Shown here: piece after piece, positions 38,351-52,259 of the stretch
Layout: every line of letters starts with the position of its first letter
Numbering within the stretch: the first letter of the stretch is position 1
Assembly: GCF_964355755.1 (NCBI RefSeq)
Contig: NC_092673.1
Span: 23,805,648-23,869,647, forward strand
Length of the DNA stretch: 64,000 nucleotides
Direction: 5' to 3'
From: Antedon mediterranea
Lineage: Eukaryota; Animalia; Echinodermata
Program-made: the position numbers and the translations under genes
Notes under the pieces: model-generated
The model's database searches: none
Told to the model about the DNA's origin: nothing
The model's input: the letters and a program-made list of their open reading frames with translations, nothing else

Positions 38351-41300
38351 ATGGCACTTTTATCACTGGTAAAGATGTTCATCATATCTACACTCATTAC
38401 CTTTTCATACGCAAGATTTGAAGAGATCAGGAGTCAACATGATGCCTTAAAATACCTTGCAAAACAGAGATATGCAAGCCCAGACCTAGTTGAGGTCAGC
38501 CCGATTCTTCAACCTCTTATAAAAAGTGTCATTGACAAATGGGAGTCACAAGATTTATTTCAGCAAGACACTACAATTCAGAATGAAACAACTCAAGAAC
38601 CAATGCAAAATGATACAACCCCAGAGCCAATACATAATGGTACCACCCCAGAGCCAATGCCTAATGGTACTACCCCAGAGCCAATACACATTGAAACAAC
38701 CCAGATACCTGTCACAAACTCATATCAACAGTGCAAAGCTGATTTAAGTCAAATGGTTGAAGACTTCTTGATGTACACTACTGATAAAAATTCCTCATAT
38801 TATTATGCAATAATGAGTAAGTATCTATTTGTTTCACAAAACAAAGCGTCTTTACTAATGGTCTTAACGATTGGTCTTGCGATTAAAGCCATCTTTATTA
38901 GATAGACAGTCATTTACCAAAGTCATCCCTGTTAGACCGGTAATCAGTCTTCAGCTCTTTCTACACTTTATTTGACAAAAAATGGACACGATGACATCAT
39001 ATCACTACTATATTTGGACACATCACACATGTTTTTTCAAACTAGTTTGATTGTGTAGACAGAACTTTAGCTAAGACTGCGATCAGTAAACAAGCACATA
39101 GAATACCAAATATGGATTCCACAATCATAACAGTATACTATGCACAATGAAATCTATTATTAAATTCTATTAAAGATCATTGTCATATGTGATCTATCTT
39201 CCTGTCTTTTATGATCAATAATACCAAGGTACATTATTTGGTGAAGCCAATAAGTGGGCTATGCTTGGCGCTGAATAAGCTGGCCTTGGATAGTGTTAAT
39301 TTTCATTTTATTGGGTTTATATGTTTCATGGTTTTTCACAAGCGCCTTGAGCACTTTAGTGGATATGTGCGCTGTATAAATCTTATTATTATTATTATTA
39401 TTATCGGCAACACCATTTGATAAACAATAAGACTTTTAATATTCGAGTACGCTTTTTTGGAAGCTATAATTTTTGGCATGCAGATATCATAACATTCTAT
39501 AACACTCCTTTGCCATTGTGTCAAACAATTACAATACAAGTTCATATCAAAATACTCCTTAACAGAAACCAAGCTGTTTAAACAAATCAAAGTTCAATAA
39601 AGTAATTTAATAATAAAATATCGTGTAGGCTTGTAGATTGAAAGTAGTAAGCTAACATTGCAGTTTCTATAGATTCAGACAAGCATTTATTTGGACAAAA
39701 GAACAAGAACAGAACAAAGCAACATTAATAATGATCATGAGAACCACATTAACTAACGTTGCCATCATGTAGTTAATCCATTGATTAATCAGTTAACTCT
39801 CCGAATACCGAAACTCTGATAAACTATCTCAAAACTTTTTCTTGCGGTACAAAAGACTAATTTCTGGGAAACTTGTCATATATCATCCAATAAAGTCTCT
39901 GGAGAATTGACTATACCATTTTCACACCTTACAACAAGCTGTAACCAGGTTTGTTGTGTGAAGGCAATTTTCTGGAAATTCTACCGAGATTTCACAGCTG
40001 ACCCAGTGAAATCTCGGTAAAAAAACACACCTGTGAGAGGTCTGTTTTTAGTCCCGGGTTGTTACTGTTAGGTGTGTATTGCCATTGTATTAAACTGACC
40101 TGCCTGACCCCAAACCGTGTTTCAATTAACTAGGATAGGAGATAGGAACACTAAAAATTGTCACCATGTTTGTTTTTCTTGCAGTGGTGGATTCATATGG
40201 AAAGCTTCCTCCAGGGGTTATGCAAGGTCATACACAATGGATAGGACTGTTTGATCAGTGTCTGAATCAGACACAAGAATACACGCAAAAGAATTTCGGT
40301 GCCCAATATTGTATTGCACATACTATAACGGAAGACACGGTAAAATTTAGTAGTCTATTTATAATCAATTGATTATAGTAAAGTATTGTAATTTCAATTT
40401 TTTTTTCCAAATTATTGGAACTGTTGAACCAGGTTTGCATAGTGTGAAGAAAAAAACACCAACAAGAGGTCTGTGTTTTTGTTCCGAGTTCTTACTGCAC
40501 ACACATGCATTGCCCTGGTATTAACTGACTATAATCATACAGTAGTAATCGAATAGTACGCAACTGTTCTTTCCTCCCGAGATTTTACAAGGTTCACGTA
40601 TGCGTGTGTGAAAACATGTAATAAGTCGGTAACCTGGTTACAACTTGTAAATAATTGTTATCCTTATGTTAAAACATAACTTTGTCAATGAAATTGACAG
40701 CATTAAAGGTTTACAGTATATTTGAAGTACTGTACTGACAAAAGTTATTCTTCAAAAAGAGATTTGGCTGATACATAGTACTGTACAATATATTGTATTT
40801 TGTTTCTTTTCAATTTCAGAAGGCACCACTTCTATCTGTTGGAATATGTGTTCCTGATTCTTGCACTGAATCTGATTTATATGTTCTAATGGAACAAGGT
40901 AATGTAACAAAAACTAAATTAATGACAATTTTAAATGTCTTAAAACATCTAGCATACATCAAATTGGATGTTAAAACATTAAATTCATATCTGATGCTTA
41001 AGCAATGAAACTGCTTCTACAGGTGTAGTGCAGTTGTAGTGTGTAGTGATGCTGTAGCTTTATGGTTATAATATGCTTGCCCTCCAATCCTGACTACTTC
41101 ACTCGCTAAGCTTCGAAATGAGACTTACTGTAATGTGAGCCTCTATCGCACAGGTCTAATTAACTAAATCGTCGGCTAAATTGACTTAAACTGGTTACAG
41201 TTCCCTCATGGTAAATTGACCAAGTCCAGTAGTTACTTTTACTGCCCACTGCCTGCCCAGAACTTAACCATGGTCTTAGTAAAACTAACCACTCTTGCTA

Positions 41301-44300
41301 GAAAGTCCTATCCCAACGTGTGACCCTTGTAAAACTGTGGAACAACCTTCCCAATTCGATTCAAAGCCTCTTTAAAAACTCAACTTTTAATTTTGTTGTA
41401 ATTCAATCTGTTCTCGCTCATCCCAATCTGTTGATTGTTGAAAGTGCTACTGTATATAAATTCGACAACAATAACATTAATGCATAAAGGTGAAGTACTT
41501 TAAAACATGTATTTCTTCAAAATCTTTCAGGTATTTTGGAACTGAATATGAAAAATGTCGTGGCATATGCATCCTGTAACAAAGAGATTGAATACAACGC
41601 TGGAGCAATATCATGTTTGTAAGTTGTGTCATAATTATGTTTGATATACCTGTGACAGGTTGTTTTTGGTTTTTTTTAATCTCTGTTGTCTGTGGTTAAT
41701 ACGTACACATTTCTCTGGTGTTAAGTTTAGAAAGAGATAAAATCTAATCCACTGGACTTGTTTAGTATTAAACAGAGACGTTTCAGGACCTATCCAGGTC
41801 GTATCATTAGGCCGAATGATGGAATTGTGGCATTTGGTCAGTGACCCGTGACGGGGTTAAGGAGCTAGGAATTTTGTTGACAGCTGAATTGAAAGTTCCA
41901 GTAAGTAAGTCCAGTGGATTAGATTTTATCTGTTTCTAAACTTAATACTACCTGGATGACTGACAATATACTGATACATATCAGTGTTTCTTCAGTGTTC
42001 TTCACTAGATCACATTAAGGTAAAGCTGATCACATTATTTTATAATGTTAAGTTTACATAACATGACTTAATCATGAATGGCTTGACCAACAATGAGTGT
42101 GAACCTATACCCTTTCTGGTCAATAATTTATCATACATTTTTCTACAGAGTGTTTCTGTCAATAATTGGAGCATTTATTGTAGCTGGGACAGGATATGAG
42201 CTGTTAACGATTTACGGCGTGAGCAAAGACGATCCACTTGGGTTTAAAACCTTGACAGAAGAACCAGATATGACAAATCATGAGAATGGAGTTCAAATTC
42301 GACCAACAACAGGGGCTCGGGGGGTGCACATGATGCATACAGAGCCAGGAAATAACTCTTGTAAGAATTCACATATTCACTGTTATTATTTAGTTGAATA
42401 TTTCATATATGTAAATGAAAATTATGAAGACTAATTTTAAATGTAGCCGAATAATCTGGATTGTGCATACAGTTGTGTGGTTGAATTTCATCTTCCTTAA
42501 GGGGTCATGTTGACCAGCACCATACATGTGCTTATTTGTCAGTCTGTCTGTTAATCCTGAGATGGACAATCACTGTACACCATATAAGACATTATCTACT
42601 ACCACATTGTATGTAATATTATATTTATTCATTTTAGATATTAATTCATCTACTACATTATATAATCCTGTATCATCTTCAGCTAACCCATCCATCAATG
42701 GATCAGCTCCACTTATTGAGCCAATCGGAATTCACGATCCACCAGGTATAACCGCATCATCATCAAAATCAACATTTATAACTGCGCCTCCTTTGGATAC
42801 CTACTATTAATTTAGAATGAATCTGCTTTTATGAAACATCACATTTTTAATTATCACATTGATAGTGTATTTGATGATAATAAAATTCCATCCAAACGAA
42901 ATGAGGAAATAGATATTTCAAACTTGTACTGCACGCTCTATTAAAAAAGCATGAATATTTATTTATCATATATTTATACTGAATGACACTTTCAGTTCTA
43001 AAGCTAAAGATTTCCAAGGTTGTTCAGTAGAGAACATCACCAATATAATAATAAGATAAAATAAAATATAAAACAGTAATTTTTCATTAAAAATAATTTA
43101 ATAATAAAAATTAATTTTAGTTAAAAATGGAATTGAAGGCATATAACATGAAGCCTAAGTTTATTGTACAGGTAATAAACATTAAAGTCAACACTCAACG
43201 TTGTTATCCAAAGTGGTCCATGGTACATAATGTGTATTTATTGACCAAGTGGTTATTGTCTTGAATCCGTGACTATTATAGGCCCATCGTTGATTCAGCA
43301 TGTGGCAATATATGTTGGGATGGTTTGGCCTGAGAGGAATATTGTTCCTGGGTAAAATGCCGCTACCATTGCCTTGGGTGGTTAATATCTGATTACCAAA
43401 TTTCTTTCATGTCAGTGCATTACAAAGAATCATTCCTTCCATTAATATTACACTTATAATATATGTTAATTTTACTAGTATTTTGCTGTACTGTATCTGA
43501 TAATTAATGTTTGTTTTTTCAGTTACCTGTTCAGGTTTTTTCAAGAAATTTATACTGTGTTTTTCACTCGTTACTAATGGCTCCAAGATATTGAGTCCCA
43601 AACAGGGACAGGGAAGTCTGCATGCCCTCAATGGAATCCGAGTTCTCAGTTTGTTCTGGGTTATTCTTGGCCACACATACTTCTTTCCACTGACGCTATT
43701 CTGTAAGTATTATCACTTAGCTTCTCTATTTAGTAATAGTCTGGTGTCTGTAAAGTCTATCATTTATCCCCTCTCCAGACGCCTTAAGCCCTGTCTACAC
43801 ACCACACCATTAAATATGGTAGTGATATGCCCAAATATGGTAGTGAAATGATGTCATGTCCATATATGGAGTTTTTTGTTTTTTTATATATAACTTTAGG
43901 CAATTTGCGAAGAATAACCATAAGCGAATTTATTCATTAAACGCCTGCAACTCATCCAAAATAATGCCGACCCGTGTATGCACGCTCACCCCTGCTCTCC
44001 TTAGTCTTCATTGGCTACCAGTTGAAAAGCACATAATTTTTTAAATACTTCTCTTAACCTATAAAGCTCTCTTATTCAAATCCCCTTCATATCTCTCTGA
44101 CCTTCTTCCTCTTCACATACCTTCCCGTCTCCTTTCAATTCCGACTTTTAACACTAAAACGTATGGCTTACTGTACTTACTCTACATGAATAAAGGAGTT
44201 ATAATTTGTCATTAGAAAAAATCCTAACATATGACAGGACTTAAACCCTGGACCTTTAGATCGGTAGCCAAGCCTCATAACCACCAAGCCACAACTGTAG

Positions 44301-47300
44301 GCAGAGATTTATAATGTCCCAATATACCTATAATATAACTTGTTTTAACATTTCTTTAGTGTATTCTTGTTCCATTGCTTATCATATATTTGATCATCAT
44401 TCTCTATCTCTACAGCAAATCCGATACAAATCCCTGATATCCTGGGAAGATTCTCCTTCCAAGCCGTTGGTAATGCAACATTTTCTGTGGATTCTTTCTT
44501 CTTTATGAGGTCAGTAATAAATGCATTGTTTAAACAAAGATTTGCGGTTTGAAAGAATGGTTAAAAATTTGTGGACCAGGTGATAGTAGTCTAGTTTCTT
44601 TGTTTGTTTTAAACTATTTAAATTTATTACCCAAGTGACTTTTTAAAAGTGTATTGTTTTTGTTAAAAGTGCCATAGAAAAAAAAAAAAAATACTAGTGT
44701 TCTTAAGTGTCTTTGTTCAGAGGATAGTAAAAGTCAGTCAGTAAGTAATAAATGATTGTTAAAGCGTGGTTCCCACTAGAACGTAACACAAGGACGTAAA
44801 CGCAACGCAAGCGTTTTAACCAATGACAAGCGAAGTTATAGACAGTTAGCAATCAAAAGCGAATAAGCCATCGCTTGTGATTGGTCAGTTCACTTGCGTA
44901 GCGTTACGTTCTTGCGTTGCGTCGCTAGTTGGAAACCCCCGCTTTAGCAAAGACATTTCCTGATAAACGATAACACTCTGACAGTCTCTTGGTTGGTTGA
45001 AAGAATGGTTAAACGTCAATGGGGCTTTCTAGTTTCCTGATTGGTTGAGAGAATTGTAAAAGTCAGTGTGAAATCACACAAGATACAATACAATCATATG
45101 TCACCTTGATCCTGTTTACTGCTGCATATATTAAAGATGTAAAGAATATTTGAAGATAAAATTAACTTTTTCTCTCTGATTTTAGTGGCCTGTTGATCAC
45201 ATACCTTACGCTGAATTACTTGAAAAAGAAGGATGGAAAATTAAATTGGGGAATGTTTTACTTACACAGATTTCTCAGGTAAACCTTGAAATAGTGATCA
45301 TTAAACAGATTGTTATTGACTGGCAAAATGGCGTAGGAAATATCATGTATCATGTATAACTACCATGTTATGAGCTGTTTGTGTCATTATTTGAATGGGA
45401 ACTTTCGTTGTCAATGTAAAGATTCGTCGAGTACTTCTTGTATTCAAATTGTAAATTTGTGCTCAACAGAACGTCATTCGAATAGAAAACGTTGACAATG
45501 CAAGAAGAACAAGAACAATCTCAATGCTTAAAAAACTCCATTAAATAAGTACTCAACGGAAAACTGTACTCAACGGTAAAAGTCCCAGTCGAATACGACA
45601 ATTGCTTGTACCCTTATAGCAAATACCTTTCTCTCATTTCCTTGTCCTTCCGATAGGACGTAAAGCTGTTGGTTATGTGTGCAATAAAAAAAAACTTACA
45701 CGATAAAGTGTATAGAATTTTTTTGCAGTGTGCAGATCATGGTAGTGGAGGTGTTCCTAATCTGTTAACGTAGTAAAATACACAAGTTTCGGCTTGTAAA
45801 AAGATGTTTTTCCATTTTTACAGATTGACACCTGTGTATATGATTGTAATTTACATCTATACAACGTTGACTCCTCATTTTGCCACTGGACCTATGTACT
45901 CAGCTGTGTTTAATCCAAATCCAGTCGGATATGAAACAGGAATATCTTATTGCCAAAAATATTGGTGGACCAACCTTCTATACATTAATAATGTGTACCC
46001 AAATGATTTAATGCAAGAGGTTTGTGTTTTTTTATTTGCGTGTTCACATCGCATGACACTTTTTCACATTAGTTATTGTGATTTCTTAATGAACCTGAGC
46101 AATATTTAATTATATAATTGAATCAAACCAAAGTTAACATTATTTTTTTTATTTTATAGTGTTTAGGTTGGTCTTGGTATCTAGCTAATGACATGCAGTT
46201 TTTTATCATCAGCCCATTTATCATCTATTTCTTGTACCAGTAAGTTGCAGATATCTGATTGTGATCTTTTACTCTTAAATTGTGAGAAGTTGTGATTAGG
46301 CAGAAAATGTTCAGTCATTACATATGAGTTTCAAACATACTAGCAGACGTTCCCAAATTGTTTTGGACACATTTATGATGCCTGTTAACACATGGAGTCT
46401 GCAAAGACTGCCATTACAATGTTGCATTCACAAACCTCAGTAGCAGCAAATTAGTTTGTCAAGAAGGTGGATGACCTAATTTTTGGGAACTGGCTTTAGT
46501 CAACTGTCTGTCAAGCTAAAGTTTTCTCTAGTTTACCAACTACAGTATTCCTTATGTAATTTTTAAAAAGAAGAAGTTTATTTAAGAAATGAAACAAGCT
46601 TTACATTTGTTTTAAATAAATATAGTATTTTTATATTGTCAATTATATAAAATATTTTCTCTCTATAGTAAAGCTCCAGTTGGCATAGGCATATGCATTG
46701 GTTTATTGCTAACATGCTTTGGCAGTTTGATTGGTCTGACCATTTCCAAGGATCTTGAAGCAACCCCATTTCCTCAGTATGTGGTTTATTTTGATTGCCT
46801 TGCTCTACACTAACAAACTTTATGTGACAAAAATATGTGATGTGTCCATATATGGACATGATGATGTCATATCACTACCATATTTTGGAATATCATTTCC
46901 ATATTTGGGCACATCACATTTTTTTTGTCAAACTAGTTTGATAGCATAGACAGAGCTAATTTGTACTCAAGTACAATTGAGGAAATAACATTGCCTGGAA
47001 TTCATACCTTCAGGCCCCTGAGCTTGCCCTGACTGCTAAGGTTAGATCCAAGCCCAAGGCAGCAGCAGGTTTTCACTATATTTTATAAATATACTAGATT
47101 GTTAGCTCCAACACAATAACAACCAATCATATAAGCAAGTTTGAAGTAATTTCTCTTAATCACGCTTAACTTATTTGCAATAATACAACTTTGTTTTTAT
47201 CCACAGAAATGCCTCTCGTGAAAACTTTCTCGGTAACTCAGTTTACACCAAACCTTACGCACGTATCAGTACATATTTAGTTGGTATGGTTTTGGGATAC

Positions 47301-49360
47301 ATTTTGTATTTGTGCCAAGGAAAAGTTAAAATGTCAAGGGTAGGTAGTACATTCATGGCAAATATCTTTATCGCACATTTTACATGAGTCTAATTTATTT
47401 ATTTCACTCCAAACCAACAGCGAATCATCGCCATCGCTGGTTAAAATCTTAATAAAAAACTAATTTGGATAAAAAATATAATTCATACAGATACATTCAT
47501 ACCGTGTAATTCATACAGACAGAAAAACAAGATGACATCGAACATAGAAAAATGTAGTGAATAAATAAAACATGACCATCAACAAACAAACATTAAGATG
47601 TTGAGGAAAAGGCTTCCATGATTAATATCCGACATTGTCGTTTGCAACAGACGTCTACCATACTACTAACAATATGAATATTTGAATGAAATTTCATACT
47701 GAATATGTGTGTAAAAGCATTTTTTAAAAAACACTTTATAATGTGAATACAGGTATTAGAATAGATTAGAAAAAAGTAAACGTAATTGTTTGTTTATTAT
47801 TCAGTTTGTTGCACTGTTGGGGTGGTTAGTTGCAACCGTCATTGGTTTATCAGTTGTGTACGGGCTGTATGGAACACTCCATGGAAACGAGCTGAACAAA
47901 GGAGCAACCGTAATGTACATCACATTCTGTCGTTTTGCCTGGGCTGTGGCGCTAGGATGGGTTTCGTTTGCGTGCATAACTGGTTATGGAGGTACTTATT
48001 TCTTTCTTTATCATCGTCTATATTTTGTTGAATGACTTTCGCAAAAGGTTTAATTTATTCTTCCATAGGCCCATTGCAATCGCCTAGCCCACAAAGCCAT
48101 ACTGACTGTGCTAGTTAGTTGGCCTAGTTCGAACAGGGTACTCCTTATTTTGGGTGGCGGCTCACGCATGGTCAGCTGTGCCAATAGAAAGTAGCATATA
48201 CTCACTGTCTATAAATTACATGTATGGTTGACATTGCTGACAGTCTGTCTATAAACAAAAACAAGACAATCTTATACCATATGAACAATTGTCTGAAATA
48301 AAAGTTAAATTGAATTAAAAAAACAGATTTTACTGTCTACACTAGTTTGACCAAAAAAAAGTGATGTGCCCAAATATGGTAGTCATATTAGACATTATCA
48401 TCACATCACATAAAATTTGATAGTGTAGACAGAGCTTTAAATGAGACTTTTAACAGTGACTACTCACTAACTTAAGCTCTCTTCCCACTGAAATCATATA
48501 TAAATTATATATTCGTGGTGCTATGCTATTACTCCATACCAATATACTGTATTGATCTTTTATCATTTCAGGTCCAGTAAATACTTTGCTGTCATGGCCA
48601 GTTTGGATCCCACTGTCGCGCATAAATTACTGTGCGTATCTTCTCCACCCGATAATCATGATGGTGTTTCAGTACTCTCTTCCAACTCTGATATACTTCT
48701 CTGACTTTTTGTTGGTAGGTATAAAATAGCCTTGTAACTAAAATATTGTAATACTCGCCAGACTACTGTAGCGTGTCGTACAACAATCTTGCAATGTTCA
48801 CAAAAATCTGAACATGCAATAGCATACAATTAATGAATGCAATAGTACAAATATGTTTACCAAATGAAAATATTTATTATTATAAAATGTTTAAAAAACA
48901 TTCTTTTTAAATAACATAGATCTGTTTGATTTGAAGTTAGCATAAACAAGAATGAATGCACATAGCAATTAAACTCTCTCCTGATATAGACCAACATCTT
49001 TCCCACCTTAAAACAAACAAAACAATGTTTAGTACTGTATTTAAAAATGTAATTGTTTAAAAAAACAGCTATGACTATTATTTATGCATTAGAATATTAA
49101 ATCCAAAATACACATTGAAATCTTTTTTACTTATTACTTGCCACATTGTGTTATGTTATATTGTATTTTTCCCTACTGTACACAAACTCAATGGGAGTAG
49201 CATATGAAAGAAACTTTTTCTTTTTTTATGTTTACAGATTTACTTCTTTTTGGGCAACATTGTCTTATCATACAGTGCAGCTTTCATCTTTTCTGTTTGT
49301 GTGGAGGCTCCATTCATGGCACTTGAAAAACTCATTTTTCAGCGGGATAGGAGTGTCTAA
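38351..49360 (+). CDS. Nose resistant to fluoxetine 6-like / O-acyltransferase-like protein (NRF domain plus acyltransferase-3 membrane domain), about 814 aa, 16 coding exons
   Basis: Exons 38351-38816, 40185-40339, 40820-40898, 41531-41618, 42149-42360, 42638-42745, 43523-43702, 44416-44509, 45186-45278, 45824-46019, 46160-46239, 46669-46776, 47207-47339, 47805-47991, 48572-48714, 49238-49360. All are GT-AG and phase-consistent (2445 nt). Signal peptide present; motifs DSYGK..G.FDQC, GICVPDSC, LNGIRVLSLFWVILGH, SVDSFF..SG, HRFLRLTP, WSWYLANDMQF, YTKPYAR, PLSRINYCAYLLHP, EAPF. Confidence 0.93.
38954..39068. mobile_element. About 120-160-bp Harbinger-like MITE family (other copies near 43785, 46795, 48330, 57802 and 58680)
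   Basis: Shared ctgtctacacta..atatgggcacatcac..tttgatagtgtagacagagct with TTA/TAA flanks. Confidence 0.75.
41720..41975. mobile_element. Penelope-like pLTR relic in inverted arrangement
   Basis: About 40-bp inverted repeat (41720-41759 / 41907-41946) enclosing a degenerate hammerhead-like core on the minus strand. Confidence 0.5.
43960..44170 (+). mobile_element. L2 LINE C-terminal fragment in an intron
   Basis: TPALLSLHWLPV..FKILLLTYKAL..PSYLSDLL. Confidence 0.7.
44230..44297 (-). mobile_element. tRNA-derived SINE head
   Basis: Minus-strand A-box tggcttggtgg and B-box-like ggtttaagtcc at tRNA spacing, with no intact cloverleaf. Confidence 0.5.
45383..45599. mobile_element. MITE
   Basis: Imperfect TIR gtcattatttgaatgggactttcgttg / caacggtaaaagtcccagtcgaatacgac. 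Confidence 0.5.
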
Positions 49361-49897
49361 CTCATACTTTAGCGGGATAAGAGTGTCTGACTCGTATTTC
49401 AGCGGGATAAGAAGTGTCTAACTTTACTTCAACGGTATAAGAGTGTCTGACTCAAACTTCAATGGGATAAGAATGTCAAATTTTTACTTTAACGGGATAA
49501 GAGTGTCTGACTTACACTTCAGTGGGAACTCGTACTTTAGTTGGATAGTGTCAAACTAATACTTCAGCAGGATGAGAGTGTCTGACTCAAACTTCAATGG
49601 GATAAGAGTGTCTGACTCAAACTTCAATGGGATAAGAGTGTCTAACTTACACTTCAGTGGGATAAGAGTGTCTAACCCATACTTTAGCGGGATAAGAGTG
49701 TCTATCTCATATTTCAGCAGGATAAGAGTGTCTAACTCATACTTTAGCAGGATAACAGTGTCTAACTCAAACTTCAGCAGGATGAGAGTGCCTGACTCAT
49801 ACTTCAGCAGAATAATACTGTAGTGAGTAACTCATACTTCAGTGGGATAAGAGTGTCTAACTCATACTTCAGCAGGATCAGAGTGTCTGACTCGTAT
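49328..49897 (+). repeat. 30-bp minisatellite, about 19 copies, starting in the last codons of the NRF-6-like CDS
   Basis: Consensus aactcatacttcagcgggataagagtgtct; the first unit is the coding end LIFQRDRSV*. Confidence 0.92.
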
Positions 49898-52190
49898 TGG
49901 AGAAAGTTAAGTGTTTTTTAAGTGTGTCTTAAATAGTAGGTTATTCTGAATATCTTCTAATAAGAATATTACCAGGTAGATCAAATGATTGTATTGCTTA
50001 TTTTATATGCCTATCACACATTTATTTCAATCAATTATACCTCATTTTGATGTGTAATTAAATGACTATTATATCATATTTCAATTAACAACATTTTATG
50101 TGAATAAAGTATAGAAAAGGATATTGTACACTTTACTTTTCCTTTAGTTACTTTATATAATATTGTCATCCATTTTACATTCCAATTTTACATTACTCTA
50201 AACAATATGTTTTTTTGTTGTAAAAATTAAAATTTTTAACTAAATAACTCTAGATGCAATAATTAGTATATACAGTTATTACTGTAATTACAATACAGTT
50301 GGGTTTTTTTATATAAATTTTAAAAGTTGATTTATATAGTGTATATTTTTATACAAATTATAGACATAGTTTAAAGGGTAACAAATGTGTGGCTTAACAA
50401 TTGTATGTATATACTGTCCATAACCTAGCGGCTATACCGGTCAAAAGATTCACCTTTACTTTTGTGACCCTGCCATACCATGAAGAAACGGCTGTTATTG
50501 AAGCGGTTCTATTTGATTGGTTTAAAAATAAGAGGAAAAGCGCTTTTACTGAATGTCGTGTATTACCTCTACTATTTGTTAGGAACGGTTGAATACATGT
50601 GCTAAAGCTATGAAATGTTTAGTGAACCTTGACATTCACCCTAAGATTATTATTATTATAATGATATAGTTAATCATATAATGATTATATATATATAAAA
50701 GATTGTTTTATTCTTATTTTAATGGTTACAAATATTATTTTCATAATTTCGAATTGAAATTTATTGATGTTTATCTATAGTTGTCACAAATATTATTTTA
50801 TAATACCTCCATTGGTCTTGCATTATTTTTTTCTTAATATTACAGGTATGACACTCCATGTGTGCCAAAAATGTTTTTTTTTACAAATATTAAGACATTT
50901 GAGTTTGTAACTGCATAGACACTATAGTTTTACTAAGGGTGTATCAAGACATGAAATAAAAATAACCTTTTTTCTGATAACAGAAATAGTGATAATGCAA
51001 TAGTGAGGCAATATACTGGAAGTACTAAATTGTTTCAGGGATACTATAGGAAACGAATAATATTATGATAATAATTAGTACCTCTTTTGATCTTGTAATC
51101 ATTATAAATAAGACCATCATTGAATGAAACATTGAAATTACTATTACACAGTATGTACGCAATATATAGATATTATGTAAATAATTTAAGATAAATATAT
51201 AACTTGGAAAAACATTTTACATTCTGTAGATTATAGTTCTGTTTTCTTGTGTTTCTTGGTTGTTGCCGAACAAATATGAAATGCAATGAAGAAACCAATC
51301 TATGTAAGTAGGAGAAAAACAACCAAGAAAACAAAAAAACAACAAACTCAAATCCTAAAGTTTCTGAAAATATATAAGTGATGGTAACTGAATTGATATA
51401 AGATAAAAAATTGGTGAAGACAATACAAATACTGTATATAAATACCCAATTATTACTCATATACCATATATATACCATATACCGTAGTAGATAAGAACAT
51501 CTGCTTTATTTCATTTTGCATGTTTTGATCACTTTTTTTTATAATTAAAATTACAATAAATACTAATACCAATTTTTTTTATATAAAAAAAGTAAATTGT
51601 TATTAAAATCGTTTATATATAATACATAAATCATGTTCCGAATATGAGCACTGTTTCTATAATTTACAGTATAATTTATATATATATATATTATTGCATA
51701 GTTAAGTGTGCGTGCTTCTTTGTTCACTACAAAACATGTATTGTTCCCTGCATTTTTTTCCATATGAATGCTGTTTTTATTGAAGGTCATTTTATTGAAT
51801 AAATTTTGATAATTATAATCACGGATATATTAACTATGTATAACAATGTTTATATATCTGATTTTATTAAAGTCATTTATCATTGCAATCAGTTTTTGCC
51901 CTTTCATTATTTTTAAGATACATTTTTAAGAGTATGTTTAAATTTTGTGATATGATATTAAATATATATCGTAATAACTACCGGTATTAAAAAAGAAAGT
52001 TAGTAAGAAGATAACATTTCTTTGTATAAAATGTGAGGAACATCTGCAATATCTGCAACAGATAGACCACCAACAAAACAAAGTGACTTGAAGAGGCAAC
52101 ATGAACCTGCTTAAGACTTGATGGAGAGTTAAATAACAGACAAAGTGTCATTCAACACACATACAAGCTAATAGTTAATGGTAGGCATCA

Positions 52191-52200
52191 CCTATAAAAG
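52191..52200 (+). promoter_or_regulatory. TATA box
   Basis: cctataaaag about 65 nt upstream of an ATG in the context tcaccATG. Confidence 0.6.
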
Positions 52201-52259
52201 TAAAGAAAACTACATTAGGATACATATACAAAGAAACACGGCAAAGACATTAAATCACC

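Noticed and set aside
44230-44297. Functional tRNA gene
   Set aside because: Only A/B-box remnants are present and the stems do not pair, so it is treated as a SINE head.
49328-49897. CRISPR-like array (30-bp periodicity)
   Set aside because: Units are head-to-tail with no unique spacers, the context is eukaryotic and there are no cas genes.
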